From contig MU008181.1 of NCBI GenBank assembly GCA_010909165.1, positions 992,001-1,056,000 of the forward strand: a stretch of 64,000 nt of DNA. Direction: 5' to 3'. This document shows positions 24,420 to 35,601 of this stretch, piece by piece; position 1 is the stretch's first letter; each line of letters starts with the position of its first letter. The position numbers and the translations under genes are program-made. The stretch comes from Anthoceros angustus. Lineage: Eukaryota; Plantae; Anthocerotophyta. The notes beneath the pieces are model-generated. The model was not told where the DNA came from. It ran no database searches and saw only the letters and a list, made by a program, of their open reading frames with translations.

Positions 24420-27400
24420 AGAGAGATGATTTATTGAGGTGAAAGAACGATGGAAAGAGACCATCTAGGAAGGGACAACAAATGGGGACCCGGGGGTCGG
24501 AGTGAAGAGGAGCAACTGAGCTCCCTACCTAAAGTGACCAATCGCACCCACAATGTCATATGTAGAATAAACGGCCCGCAAACCACGAGGAAGAGGAAAA
24601 GGCATCACCCACCGCCGCCTTATGGAGAATCGCCGTTGAGGCGCCGTTGAAGAGCAATAGAAACCCGCCGGAAGTATGCCGTGAAGTACGAGAGGGACGA
24701 TACACTATACTGCGCATGGTAAGCTTTGGCACAAGACTTGATGAATTTGTCAAAGTCCTCACCATTGCCCCATACGCTTTAGAGCAAGCGGGATAAAGAG
24801 GTGGCCGCTTGCATCCTGCTATACTTGCGGACCTTGAGAGCCGCAGACGGCAGCACCGGCCTTTGGTGATGACTGAGAGGTGGCGTCACGTGCGGTCGAA
24901 CCACTACATCCGCCACCACAACCGTCGCCACGACAAGGTATAAGTCCGCCCGATTGAACGAGTAAGAAGAGTATACTCCCGCCTCCGTGCCATATAGCCA
25001 CTTTCGCGAGCAATGGCAAACATGACGCCACGGACAAGGTATAAGTCATACGATTGAGCGACACAGAAGAGTATACTCCGCTCCCTCCGGGCCATATAGC
25101 CACTTTCGCGAGCAATGGCAAACATGGCGTCACGGATGGCGCCATGAGTGGCAATGCGGCGACCGTGGGGACAACGAGCAAGGTGGACACCGAGACGCCA
25201 AGAGCAGCCGCACTCACAAGTGAGGAGCGAAGAAGCCACAGCCGGAGTAGGCCGAGACGGAATCGCATCGCAGAGTGAAGGTGGTTGGTGCGATGTGAAA
25301 TCCCGTATGCATGGGCGGGCCAAGAGCTGCACCGCCCTTCCTGAACAAGAGCGAGCCGCCTAGTGGACCTGGAGATGGAGGGGTCCCGGAGGATGATCAA
25401 AAGCTCGGCCGAGCCGCTTCTCGAGCGAGATGCCTCGCAATCCCTAAAGCCATCGATGATAAATGTAGAGAAAGGAGGAAGTCCTTCCGAGCATCCGCCG
25501 ATAACATGTCTCCGGCCCGCCTCAAGGACGATTGAGAGAGAAGGTTCCCTCCTCCACACTTGATACGAGATCCTCGAGAAAGGGCTTGTCATGGAGGATG
25601 AAACGGGAAGCCAAGGCAGGCAGAGGGCCCAACTCCCAAGAAAGCCGGGAAGAGACCTCCGAGAGCCCCACGCCTCAAATTGCAGGCGGGGATGCTTGCT
25701 GGGCAGTCGCCCTGTGGCACTCAAAAGCCCCGAGCCCAAGATGTCCCCAAGAGTATCCATAATCTTCAGATCAAACCCCGAGCCGGACAAAAGGACCGAG
25801 ACGAGGGCGAAATGAGGAGGTACCAGGCGCCTAGCAAAAACAAGGAAAGGATTCCAAAGGCCACCCGAGCATCCTCCAAAGAAAGGGAGGTCTTCAATAT
25901 GGGAGAGGTCCTCTGCAAGGGCCTTGTCCAGAAGCTCCCAATGAAGTCTGGGAACCAAAGGGGACCCCAAGAATCCATGAGACCAAGAGCCGAGCAATCT
26001 CCCAGCGAAGCTGAGAGTGGCGGGATCCCGGCGGAGACCAAACGCTGCACTTGGACATCTTGACCTTCAAGCCCTGGCAGCTCGGAGAATATCTCAAAGG
26101 CCTCCTTGACTTTGTCCCTGTGCCCGAGGATGTGAGAATCGCCGTTGAGGCGCCTAGCAAAAGCGAAGGGAAGACACAGCCGCTGGAGAGGGCGGCCCTA
26201 GACAGGCCCTATAGTGAGCAATAGCGAAGAGAGCACCGCCTAGCGGTCGCCTTGCACAGTACACATGGCCGATTCCAAGACGAGACGGCGAAACTCAAGA
26301 GACGTTCTTGTCTTTGGTAGTAGAGGTTGGAGGACCTCCGTAGAAGCACCGGACAAAGGGTATAAGACTCTAGACGCCAAAGATCCCTAAGCTCCTCAAA
26401 GATGACGCCCGAAATGGTATTGAAGGCGTTCTCGACATCCACCGTAAGACTACCCAATCCGGGTGGGTATCAAGGCAAGCTTTCACCCCTAGCACCATGC
26501 ACTGCAGCCGAGTGGCAATGCCAAATTGAAGGGGTTGAAGTCTTTGTTGGAGAAGGGAGGCGGAGGCAGGCGATAGTGCGGCCGAGTAGCCGCATGAAGG
26601 CCTCCCAACCGCGAGTGGGCGACGCCTGAGGAGTGCTTGTCCATAGCGACAAGCCTACTAGCTGCAAGAACAGCTGAAATCCGGTGAGGCATCTCTCCAC
26701 GAGCCACCGCAGCAGCCAGAGAAAAGAGCTCTGGAAAGCCGCTGGATGGATCTTCGGGAGAAAGAGGTCCCTAAGGTGTTCGAACACCATTCCGACAAAC
26801 CGGATGAAAGACGAGGGTTGTGGAGAGAGCGAGCAAAAGCCGCGGTCCAGTGGAGAAGGGATCCTCGGGACATAGTCGGATATGTCCGGGAATGGCATCC
26901 TTAGGTGGCGGATGGAGGCACGGAGGGCAGCAATTGTCTCTTCAAGCGGAGGCCAAGGGACGGGTCAAGAGCCCTAGCGGAGCATATTCACTGCCAAGCA
27001 ACTTGCGCGTAGGTTTGTTGCATTACCTGCACTGCTCCAACCGAGCGATTCCGCCGGACTTGGCAAAGACGCATGCCTCCTCCTCAAGAGCCGCCCGCCA
27101 CCAAAACGCCAAGACGGCTAGCAACTTCACGGTGCCGGCTCCCCTAGTGCAATCAAGACACCATCGGGAGAAGAAGGAGGAGACACCAAGCTAACTCATC
27201 CCGGATCGAGTGCAAGGCGATCTAGGGAAGACGAAATGCCGACGGCATCATCGTGAAGGTGCCGAGGAAGCTGCGGAAGATGCGGACATGGAAGCGGGTT
27301 TCAACATCCCAAGGATGTGATCCACCGACCGCAACCATTCCTGTGAAGAAAGAGGCACCACAAGGAGAAAGCTATGCGGCGCCAAAGCCGGGCGGACGTG

Positions 27401-28070
27401 GAGGAGGTCGCGGCGTGCACTTGGGCAGCCTGTAGTCCGGTCGAAATCTTTATGCATGTGCCGAGGTGAGTTTTCACCCCTTGACGCAGAGAGTTGAGCA
27501 TGATCGGACAAGGAGTGTCCTCGATCACGGAGGTGTGGATCGCCCCATTGGATGGGGACGAAAAGGGCCTGCTTGAAATCAAGAGGTACCGAGGCAAAAT
27601 GACCCCACTGACCGGACATACAGAGTTTGAGTCGTATGGCGAACCCCAAAAGGCCGCCAAAGGGCCCACCAAGAGGGGTGCAACCCATGTGACCACCGCC
27701 AACCACCAAACTAACGCCCACACCAGAACTCAAGACTAAAAGCCGGGCGGGAGATCCTCAGCGGAAGAAGCCCAACCGAAAAGCGTATAAGCAAGAATCA
27801 GAGATGAAAATGGACTCACGAACATGTAATAGAGCTCACAACAATCACACAATCAACCATCAATCAATCGCAACATCTAGGGCCTAGCAACGCGCAACAC
27901 CTAGGGCATAGCACTCGATCGCAACATCTAGGGCCTAGCATTCACCAACACCTAGGGCATAACACTCAACCGCAACATCTAGGGCATAACATCGAATCGC
28001 AACATCTAGGGCCCAGATCACCGCAACACCTAGGGCATAACACTCACCGAACATCTAGGGCCTAGCCTCC
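24420..28070 (-). mobile_element. Degenerate non-LTR retrotransposon with a C-terminal restriction-like endonuclease (CRE-like clade)
   Basis: Frameshifted minus-strand fragments: RLVAMDKHSSGV..EAFMRLLGRTIA, DVENAFNTIS (RT); CECG..GVHLARCPHGRRIATHGAIRDAMFAIARESG (CCHC knuckle); KVRKY..LFIPLA and RVSIALQR (RLE/C-terminus); N-terminal Cys/His fingers near 27300-27700; AATAAA near 24430. Confidence 0.78.
27869..28068. repeat. Eight 22-29-bp repeats with core caaca(t/c)ctagggc(c/a)ta at the 5' end of the CRE-like element
   Basis: Directly visible tandem array. Confidence 0.9.
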
Positions 28071-28616
28071 AAGTAGCCAATATATAAAGATTAACTCCTG
28101 CACATGTAATCACAGTAGCACTGCACTCAAAGCGCCAATATAATGAGCTTGTAATTGGATAACATCCCTTATCTTCACCTCGATTCGAATGTGAAAATAT
28201 CTTCCCAACCATTGGCTCATTCCATATAGCTTAAGGCGCATGTCACCCAAGATGTACCATGCCTTGTCAATCTTCACTTTATCCTCAAAAGGTTCTATGC
28301 CTTCGGATCTTCAATTTATCGCCAACGTCGTATTCCATATTCCACCGAGGGTTTCAACCCCTAGTTCTCGTCAACACAAAGATCCTCGGCTCCGGTCTTT
28401 AAATAATAAGTTCATATGCTCCCTTGATATATAAGGCTTAACATCTTGAGGATAAAGGGCCTAGCCAAGATCATTGCCCTCGATGACATAGCATAGAAGC
28501 TTTGTGATGGATATATGATATTTGAATATAGTGGAGCTCACATACATCAAGATTGAATATATAGATCTGCGGCGAAGAGCACCGCCTCGACAAACCACTC
28601 CCAAGATAGGTACTAC

Positions 28617-28758
28617 GGAAGGAACACAACTCTCCACGGAAGGAGCACCACCACTCTCCACAGGAAGGAACACCACCACTCTCCACAGGAAGGAACACCA
28701 CCACTCTCCACAGGAAGGAACATCTATCTCCACAGGAAGGAGCACCACCACTCTCCAC
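28617..28758. repeat. 25-bp tandem repeat (~6 copies) ggaaggaacaccaccactctccaca
   Basis: Directly visible. Confidence 0.9.
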
Positions 28759-28853
28759 CAACATCCTAGATCGGATTTTCAGCCGGAAGAAGCCCAACCG
28801 AAAAGCAGATAAATATGTAGTCATATACTCTAATCTCAATTTCATTGTCAATT

Positions 28854-29405
28854 TCATGACAGCCTCTTGTGTGATCTGAAAATTTTGTCATAAGAAAGGG
28901 GCACTGAAGAGTTGTTTAATGAAATTATAAACTTCATACAGAATGACTCTTGCACTCCAAATATTGGCTTTTGAAGTTCGACTTTTGAAGTATAGCTTAT
29001 TTTTACATCATCTTCCGAATCCAATACCTCTGGAGCCTTGTAACATGCGATTCCTGCAGCACCCCTATGCAGTAATTCATGGCTGTTTTGGAAACATGGA
29101 ACAGACAAACCAAAGTCTCCTAGTATAATTTTGATTCGGCTAAGTAATAATATATTAGCCGGTTTCAAATGGCGATACATGACACTATGCCCATGGCAAA
29201 AATTGATTGCCTCTATTAGGTTAAACATAAATATTTTTGCATCCTCTTCACAATAAGCTCCCCCTTTTTTAGTTCATCCTTTACTGTACCATACCTACAT
29301 ACCTCCATCACAATGTAAATAGGTTCAATATCCTGATGAATAAAATGAGAATATTTGGAAAGAGATCAAAGAATTTTTATCTCTCTATATATTGCATGAT
29401 TTATT
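28854..29405 (-). pseudogene. AT-rich, intronless Ser/Thr protein kinase remnant
   Basis: YRHLKPANILL (degenerate HRDLKP), LGDFGLS, YKAPEVL; upstream REIKIL and YIVME in broken frames. Confidence 0.75.
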
Positions 29406-29991
29406 TTTTCATATTTTTTAAATAATTTTACAGGTCTATTTTGCGAGTCTAATTTTACAAGTTTACTAGTTTTTTAGGTTTACGTGGGGGCTAGTCCCCT
29501 TGGCATGGTGCCCTTTGTTGGGTTTTTCCTCCTTTGTTTTTGGGGTGGATGGGTTTTTCCAATCTCTTTTTTATAATAAAGTCTTCCTTTCCCTTATTTA
29601 TTTGGGTTTAGGAATCACTTTTTGGTAATTATGTGCTCTCTAGAAAAACATGTAGGGAACAAGTATAGAGAATTTGTCAACACACACCGGAATATACATA
29701 CATACACCTATCCCTCTATACAAGAGAACATCAATCTTCATTGAACAAACCAGGTACTTCCATCTTTCTGGTTTTGATATAGATGCCCATATAGCAACTG
29801 ACAAACAATGGGAAATTATTAATTTAGTAGCTATTAACATGACGTTTCATGGAAATTTACCAAATTAGTAATTTCTCAAGGTATATAAATGAGTGAGACC
29901 TAAATAAAAATAATTCTTTCTCTGAACTTCAAAATCTAGTTATCCATTCTTCTTGCATATAACTTCTTATAATCTTGTGATCTACAGTTGT

Positions 29992-30097
29992 TAAGGTTTG
30001 TTCAATGAAGATTGATGTGTTGTCAAAGTTTGTTCAATGAAGATTGATATGAGTCTTGTTAAGGTTTGTTCAATGAAGATTGATGTGAGTCTTGTTA
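29992..30097. repeat. ~30-bp tandem repeat x3 (gtttgttcaatgaagattgat)
   Basis: Directly visible. Confidence 0.85.
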
Positions 30098-30785
30098 GAC
30101 ATGTTCATGTCGAAGTGCCGAGGCACCCCAGAGTGGTGGAACCGTCGAGGTGGTTGAGAGGTGGATGTAGGTACCTCCTACCAACAGCATGAGCTGTCCA
30201 TCTCGTGGTGGCGGGTCATTCTTATTCATTACATGCGTAAAAAGGCACTAGGAATGACATTCCGGGTTCAAGCAACATGGGAACCCAACATATGGTCTCT
30301 AAACTCTATTGTATTATATGTAGAAAGTCTTGAAGTCATGATGTAGACTACTTATTCTTTGCTTCCCGTAGTTTGATCACCTCCCCGGGTAGCTGAAGAG
30401 CTTGACATATTCTTGCTGCTCATAATCTCACTTGTAAGATTATGACCTTGATGGAATTATGAATAGCCCTATCTCATAGGTTTAAACCCTTCAAACCCTT
30501 AAAATTGTAAAAATCAAAATGACATATTCTTGCTGCTCATGAACATGACTTGCAAGAATAGTAATTATGAATACCCTAATCTTGAGGTTTAGGGACATCA
30601 AACCCTTCAACCCAAAAAGATTAAACTAGTTTTCAGATAATAAATTTTACATAGTTAGGTGTGCGCGGTAAAGGTGTTCGATACATACAGGCGCATGTGT
30701 GTTACGGATTGCCGTTGCTGCAAGACAGGTGGTCCGATGCCATGGCCGAAATAATAGCATGTTGTCAAGTCTTCGGAATCGCTCC

Positions 30786-31385
30786 CTAATCTGCATTCTC
30801 GAGCAAGCGTCTGGTTTCCTCCGAGTAGCAGGAGCAGGCGAGGAGCCTGCCCCCCCAGGGAGCGGACGGAGGACTGATGGTGAGGAAGTCGCAGAACTGG
30901 TGACTCCGTTGCTTCCAGCTGGTCCACCCCGCCCTGTGGAATTTGTAGCGAGAAACCAGCTTGAGCCGCAACGGCACCACGCCCCGTTCAAGATCATCCG
31001 CCATGGCACTCCCCCTGCCCTGCAACAGTTGCACCTGCCGCTGGGGCTGGAGCCGCAGGGTGCCCTCCAGAGTGCTCCTCTGCCCCTGGCGGAATCCCGG
31101 GCCCGGGAATGCCTGCACGTCCAGCCGCTGGTCGCGGTACCACAGAATGGCGCTCACGTACATGTAGCCTACTTGGACATGCTTGTTGCCGTTGCGCAAG
31201 GTGAAGGTGATGTTCAGATCCCAATCCAGGCCCGTGCTGCTCAGATTGAATGCTCCCACCTCCACCCCCTTCAGCTCCATGTCAACAGAGTTTGGTGCGG
31301 TAGCCAGCCATACGATGAGCAAGATGGCGAACGACGTAACGAGGCATACCGAACACCCACAAATGCGGCAGCAGTTGGATGCCAT
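30786..31385 (-). CDS. LEA_2 / NDR1-HIN1-like membrane-anchored protein, copy 1 (intronless)
   Basis: Cys-rich N-terminus plus TM helix, then FNLS..WDLNITFTLRNGNKHV.VGY..LWYRDQRL..PGFRQG, typical of LEA_2/NHL. Confidence 0.8.
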   Translation of the reverse strand: MASNCCRICGCSVCLVTSFAILLIVWLATAPNSVDMELKGVEVGAFNLSSTGLDWDLNITFTLRNGNKHVQVGYMYVSAILWYRDQRLDVQAFPGPGFRQGQRSTLEGTLRLQPQRQVQLLQGRGSAMADDLERGVVPLRLKLVSRYKFHRAGWTSWKQRSHQFCDFLTISPPSAPWGGRLLACSCYSEETRRLLENAD

Positions 31386-31912
31386 TGCCCTTGTCTTGTC
31401 CGCATGGCCCACGGCTGTGCCTGGCTTGCCTGCATACATATAGGAGCTGGGCCAGCCAACGCGCTTGCGTCACCTGGAAGCCATCGGCTCTTGAGGACAT
31501 ACGCATTGACACGGTCAAGTCATCGCATTATGCCGCACGAGGCGGAGGCAATACGGTAGCCAATTTCTCTTTACATACGGAAGTCACCACGAGGCGAGAG
31601 AAATACCTAGCCAATTTTTGTTGTTTTTACCAAGCAAACGCAAAGGACGCCTTCACCCCAGGTGTCTCCAACCTTGATATCTTTAAATTTACGGCGTTTT
31701 TTTGAGTGCAGCCAAAAAAGGGTTTTATTTCTTGGGCTGTATCTATCTATCTGTCATTTAAAAAAAAAAACAGGCAAAAAAACCGGGGAAAAACGCATTC
31801 CGAACTCGGCCAGGTCTGGTGTCATGTGTCCATTTGACCAGGTGACCAGGTGACCAGGAATCGTGCACAACGCAATGGGCCCATATGTTTCAGGAAAGGA
31901 ATTTCTGCTGCC

Positions 31913-32130
31913 AGGTCTACGAACTAGACCTTGCAGAACATCAACATGATCACAATGTAGAGAAGAAAATGCGGAAAGACACCCACCATAATGGTTATGT
32001 GAGGTGATAACCATGGCCACTTCCACGCGAGGCAAGTCGATGAGTGGGAAGGGAACTACTTGGGACAATCTAAAACACGTAGACCATCATGAGTTTTCGA
32101 CCATCACTTAAGCAAGGAACCTTAGCATGT
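31913..32130 (-). pseudogene. Duplicated genomic fragment of the NAPE-PLD-like gene (exon VPFPL.DLPRV..VITSHNHY plus flanking intron sequence)
   Basis: High similarity to ~36849-37055, including intronic sequence. Confidence 0.85.
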
Positions 32131-32870
32131 TTCAGGTGAATGTGAACGAACATGAAATGGCTTCTGAAGCTCGACGGGATGTCCATTGGATTGCAATTGT
32201 AATCGATTCCACTGCGCTTGATGGTTGAAAGGGTTTAGTGAATATTGGCGTAAAGGAATAGATTGTGGAAGAGTGACGATCCTGCCATTCTGACACGTGA
32301 AGTAGGCGTTTCATGGAGAGCTGCAAGATGGGGCGTTTGTTCAATCTCAGTGAAGCAGAGGATGGTCACTCTGCATTTATTTGGGATAATTTGTTACTGT
32401 CTGTCCCACATGTACAGATTTGAGGAGATCACGGTCATTGGAGCGTGAATTTCTATCTGCGACGATCGGCGCGGAAATTTTATGCAGTCGCCAGTCTCTG
32501 CGAAGGCTGGTGGTGGAATTAGGTCCCAGTCGCTGTGCGCTTCCTCCCATATGAGCAGGGGGACTGGAAGTACGAGTCAATGTCGCAGCTGCGGCAAGGC
32601 TTGCTATGTTTCCAGACCTCTACATCTGCATTGCACAGGGTGCAGAACAAGATGATGTGTTGGTCAGCAACACGCTGCTGCTGCGAAGTGGCCGTTACAG
32701 TTGTGGGGACAGAGCAGGCAAGTGCATAGCAGGCAGGGCAGAACGTGTCTCGCAGACTCGCAGTGAGTGTGAGGAATCGGCGAATTGGGTGTTGGGGCAG
32801 GAGGTTTCTTTACAGGTGGTGGGAAAGGAAATCCAATGCAAAGAGGCTGAAAGATAGCATGCTGTGAAGA

Positions 32871-33485
32871 CTAATAGAAGCCTGCGTGTATTGCTCTGTA
32901 ACCCGTCCTGACTTGCACCGAGTAACAGGTGAGGGCGAGGAGCTTGGCCCCCCACGGCGCCGACGGAGGACTGATAGTGAAGAAATCGCAGAACTGGGTA
33001 CAATCTTCATTCCCGCTGGTGTGCCCAGATCTGTGAAAGCGGTAGCGGACAGTCAGCATGAGCTGCAACGGAACCACACCCCGCCCGAGATCCGCCTCCA
33101 TGGCTGCTGCAAGGGCTTGCCGCAGATGCACCTGCCCGGAAGGTTGCAACCGCAGGTTGAGCTTGAGAGTGCTCCGGCGGGCCTGATGGAGGCCCGCCTC
33201 CGGGAATGTCTGCACGTCCAGCTTATGGCCACGGTACCGCAGTTCGGTCCTCACGTACCCGTAATGTATTTTCAGATTCTTGTTGGAGTTGCGCGAGGTG
33301 AAGGTGATGTTCAGATCCCAGGTCAGGCCCGACGTGTTGCTCAGATTCAATGCGCCCACCTCCACCCCCGTCACCTCCGTCCGAAGCAAATGTGGTAGGG
33401 TGCCGATCCACATGAAGAACACGACCAAGGACGCCACAACGAGGAACGCGAAACACCCACATATGCGGCACCGCGGTGATGTCAT
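32871..33485 (-). CDS. LEA_2 / NDR1-HIN1-like protein, copy 2
   Basis: 204-aa ORF paralogous to copy 1 (WDLNITFTSRNSNK, GVVPLQL, QFCDFFTISPPSAPWG). Confidence 0.8.
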   Translation of the reverse strand: MTSPRCRICGCFAFLVVASLVVFFMWIGTLPHLLRTEVTGVEVGALNLSNTSGLTWDLNITFTSRNSNKNLKIHYGYVRTELRYRGHKLDVQTFPEAGLHQARRSTLKLNLRLQPSGQVHLRQALAAAMEADLGRGVVPLQLMLTVRYRFHRSGHTSGNEDCTQFCDFFTISPPSAPWGAKLLALTCYSVQVRTGYRAIHAGFY

Positions 33486-33696
33486 TTGCCCCTTGTCCGC
33501 TAGCCCACAGCCTGGCTGGCCTTGCCTACATTACCCCGGCCGCGGCCCAGCGAACGCGCTTTCTTGACTTCGGAAGCCATCAGCAGCTCCCGGGGATGCA
33601 TTCACACTGTGAACTCATCGTGCACGCCATGTCGCATCTCTGTAGTCTCTGTTACATGTGTGAATCAGCACGCGGCCGAAGAAAGAACCAAAGGGC

Positions 33697-33790
33697 TAGG
33701 TGAATTGCAACAGCATCCTCTGATACAGTAGCACGGCAATGTTCTCATATGAACACAACACCAATATTGATGACGGTAACAACGGCAATG
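33697..33790 (-). pseudogene. Second NAPE-PLD-like fragment (EDAVAIHLA exon piece plus intron)
   Basis: gctaggtgaattgcaac.gcatcctctga.acagtagca matches 35988-36030. Confidence 0.75.
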
Positions 33791-34019
33791 TTCGTGCTTG
33801 CTATGTTTCCGGACCTCCGCATTGCACAGGGTTGTGGGGACAAACCAGCCAAGTGCATAGCAGGCAGGGCAGAACGTGTCCCGCAGACTCGCACTGTGTG
33901 TTAGGATCGATTGGCTTTTGTGGCAGGATGTCTCTTTACAGGTGGTCGGAAAGGCAATCCAATGCAACGATTGAATAGCAGCCTGCCTTGTCAATCCTAT
34001 GGAATCGCTACCTAGACTA

Positions 34020-35107
34020 CTAGGCCGCTGCTGCATTGTACGTCGCTTGCCTGGCGTCTTCCGACAAACAGGTCAAGGCGAGCAGCCTGCCCCCACGGCG
34101 CCGACGGAGGACTAATGGTGAAGAAATCGCAGAACTGTGGGTACTATATTGGTTCCAGCCGGTCCACCCAGATCTGTGGAAGCGGTAGTGAGCATCCAGA
34201 GTGAGCTGAAACAGGACCACGCCCCGCCCAAGATCCGCCTCCATGGCTCCCGCTAGGACCTGCCGCAGCTGCACCTGCCCCGAAGGTTGCAGGCCTGCGG
34301 CAGGCGGCGCTCGAGAGTGCTCTTGCGGCCCTGACGGAGGCCGGCGCGAGGAATGTTTGCACGTCCAACGTATGGCCACCGTACTGTTAAGAAATGAGCA
34401 ACAAATCAAAACAGGTTAGGCTATGAAGAGCATCTATTTTTAAAAATAGGTTATGAAGAGTCCAAAAAAATAACGAAGTTCAAACTTCTATACCTTCTAA
34501 AAACTGATGTTCTTCTGCAGAATATCTTCAGAATATCTTGTAGAAATCTCAAAAGTATCATCTAAAGAATATCTTCTAGAAAGCTCAAAAGTATCTTCTA
34601 GAGAATATCTTCTAGAAAGTCTAAAAATAAAAGATAGATTAATTAATGAATAGGATTCAAGACTGAGGACTATAGAAAGCCAAGCCATAGATATGGTATG
34701 TGGGGTGTAGTGTGTGCAGCTGTGCTCATGTGCTAGTATCCAGTGTGCCTAATACCTAGTGCATATAACATATTATATGAGAATTTTATTTTTCCTTCCA
34801 ATAAAGGCTCAGCTCTTTTCCTAATAGATACTGTGGAGAGCTCGTTTTGTAGTAGGTACTCTAAAGAGGTTCCTATGGACCTGTAGTGTATAACTCCATC
34901 CTTGCTAGAATTGCTCGAGCTGAAAATGAAGGTGAAATCCCAGGTCAGGTTTGTGTTGCCCACTTTCAATGCACCCGCCTCCACCCCCATCACCTCCATC
35001 CGAACAAGATCTGGTCCTGTGACGGCCATATGATATGATCAACAAAACCCAGAACGCCACAAACAAGACCGCGCAACATCCACATGAGCGACAGCATTTG
35101 ATGCCAT
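34020..35107 (-). pseudogene. LEA_2/NHL copy 3, frameshifted and split by a ~470-bp insertion
   Basis: The 5' half (..LTWDFTFIFSSSNSSK..SLEY) at ~34856-35107 resumes as GGHTLDVQTF at 34384; additional frameshifts. Confidence 0.8.
34385..34855. mobile_element. Insertion with target-site duplication, probably a solo LTR
   Basis: Flanked by GTAC/GTAC (CGTAC/GGTAC as a 5-mer); begins TGTTAAG and ends ..GTAGTA; AT-rich with internal agaatatcttctagaaag repeats. Confidence 0.6.
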
Positions 35108-35340
35108 TGCCCTGGTCCGAATAGCCTCCACTGCACAGCCATGGCTGGCCCCGCCTACATACACCCGGGCCCGGCAGCATTTTGATGCCATTGCCTTGTC
35201 CGAATCGCCCCCACTGCACAGCCATGGCTGGCCCCGCCTACATACACCCGGGCCCGGCAGCATTTTGATGCCATTGCCCTTGTCCAAATAGCCCCCACTG
35301 CACAGCCATGGCTGGCCCCGCCGACATACACCCGGCCCCG
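35092..35340. repeat. 83-bp tandem triplication of the start-codon region of LEA_2 copy 3
   Basis: cagcattt(t)gatgccattgcc...cacagccatggctggccccg...cccgg at 35092, 35175 and 35258. Confidence 0.9.
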
Positions 35341-35601
35341 GCCCCCGACCCAGCCAACGCGGTTTTTTCACTAGGAAGCCATCAGCTCCCAAGGATGCAC
35401 TGACGCTGTCAACTAATTACGACTGCGTCGCATCTCTGTAATCTCTCTTCTGTAAAGAGCCAATTTTCCCTTAAGTGATTTCATGATCATATGTCGGTCC
35501 TTTCATCCCCAAGATCCTCATTACACGTACTCAATTTACGCTCAAACGAGGAAGCTGGACTGGCCACAGCCCATATGTATTTCTTTTAGAACGACAGAAC
35601 C

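Noticed and set aside
27869-28068. CRISPR-like array (also considered for 23984-24300, 51741-52043 and 53557-53768)
   Set aside because: Inter-repeat segments are very short or themselves repeated, there are no unique 25-40-bp spacers or cas genes, and the context is eukaryotic; these are minisatellites.
30470-30620. Interstitial telomere array
   Set aside because: Only scattered AAACCCT-like words within a short local duplication, not a tandem TTTAGGG tract.
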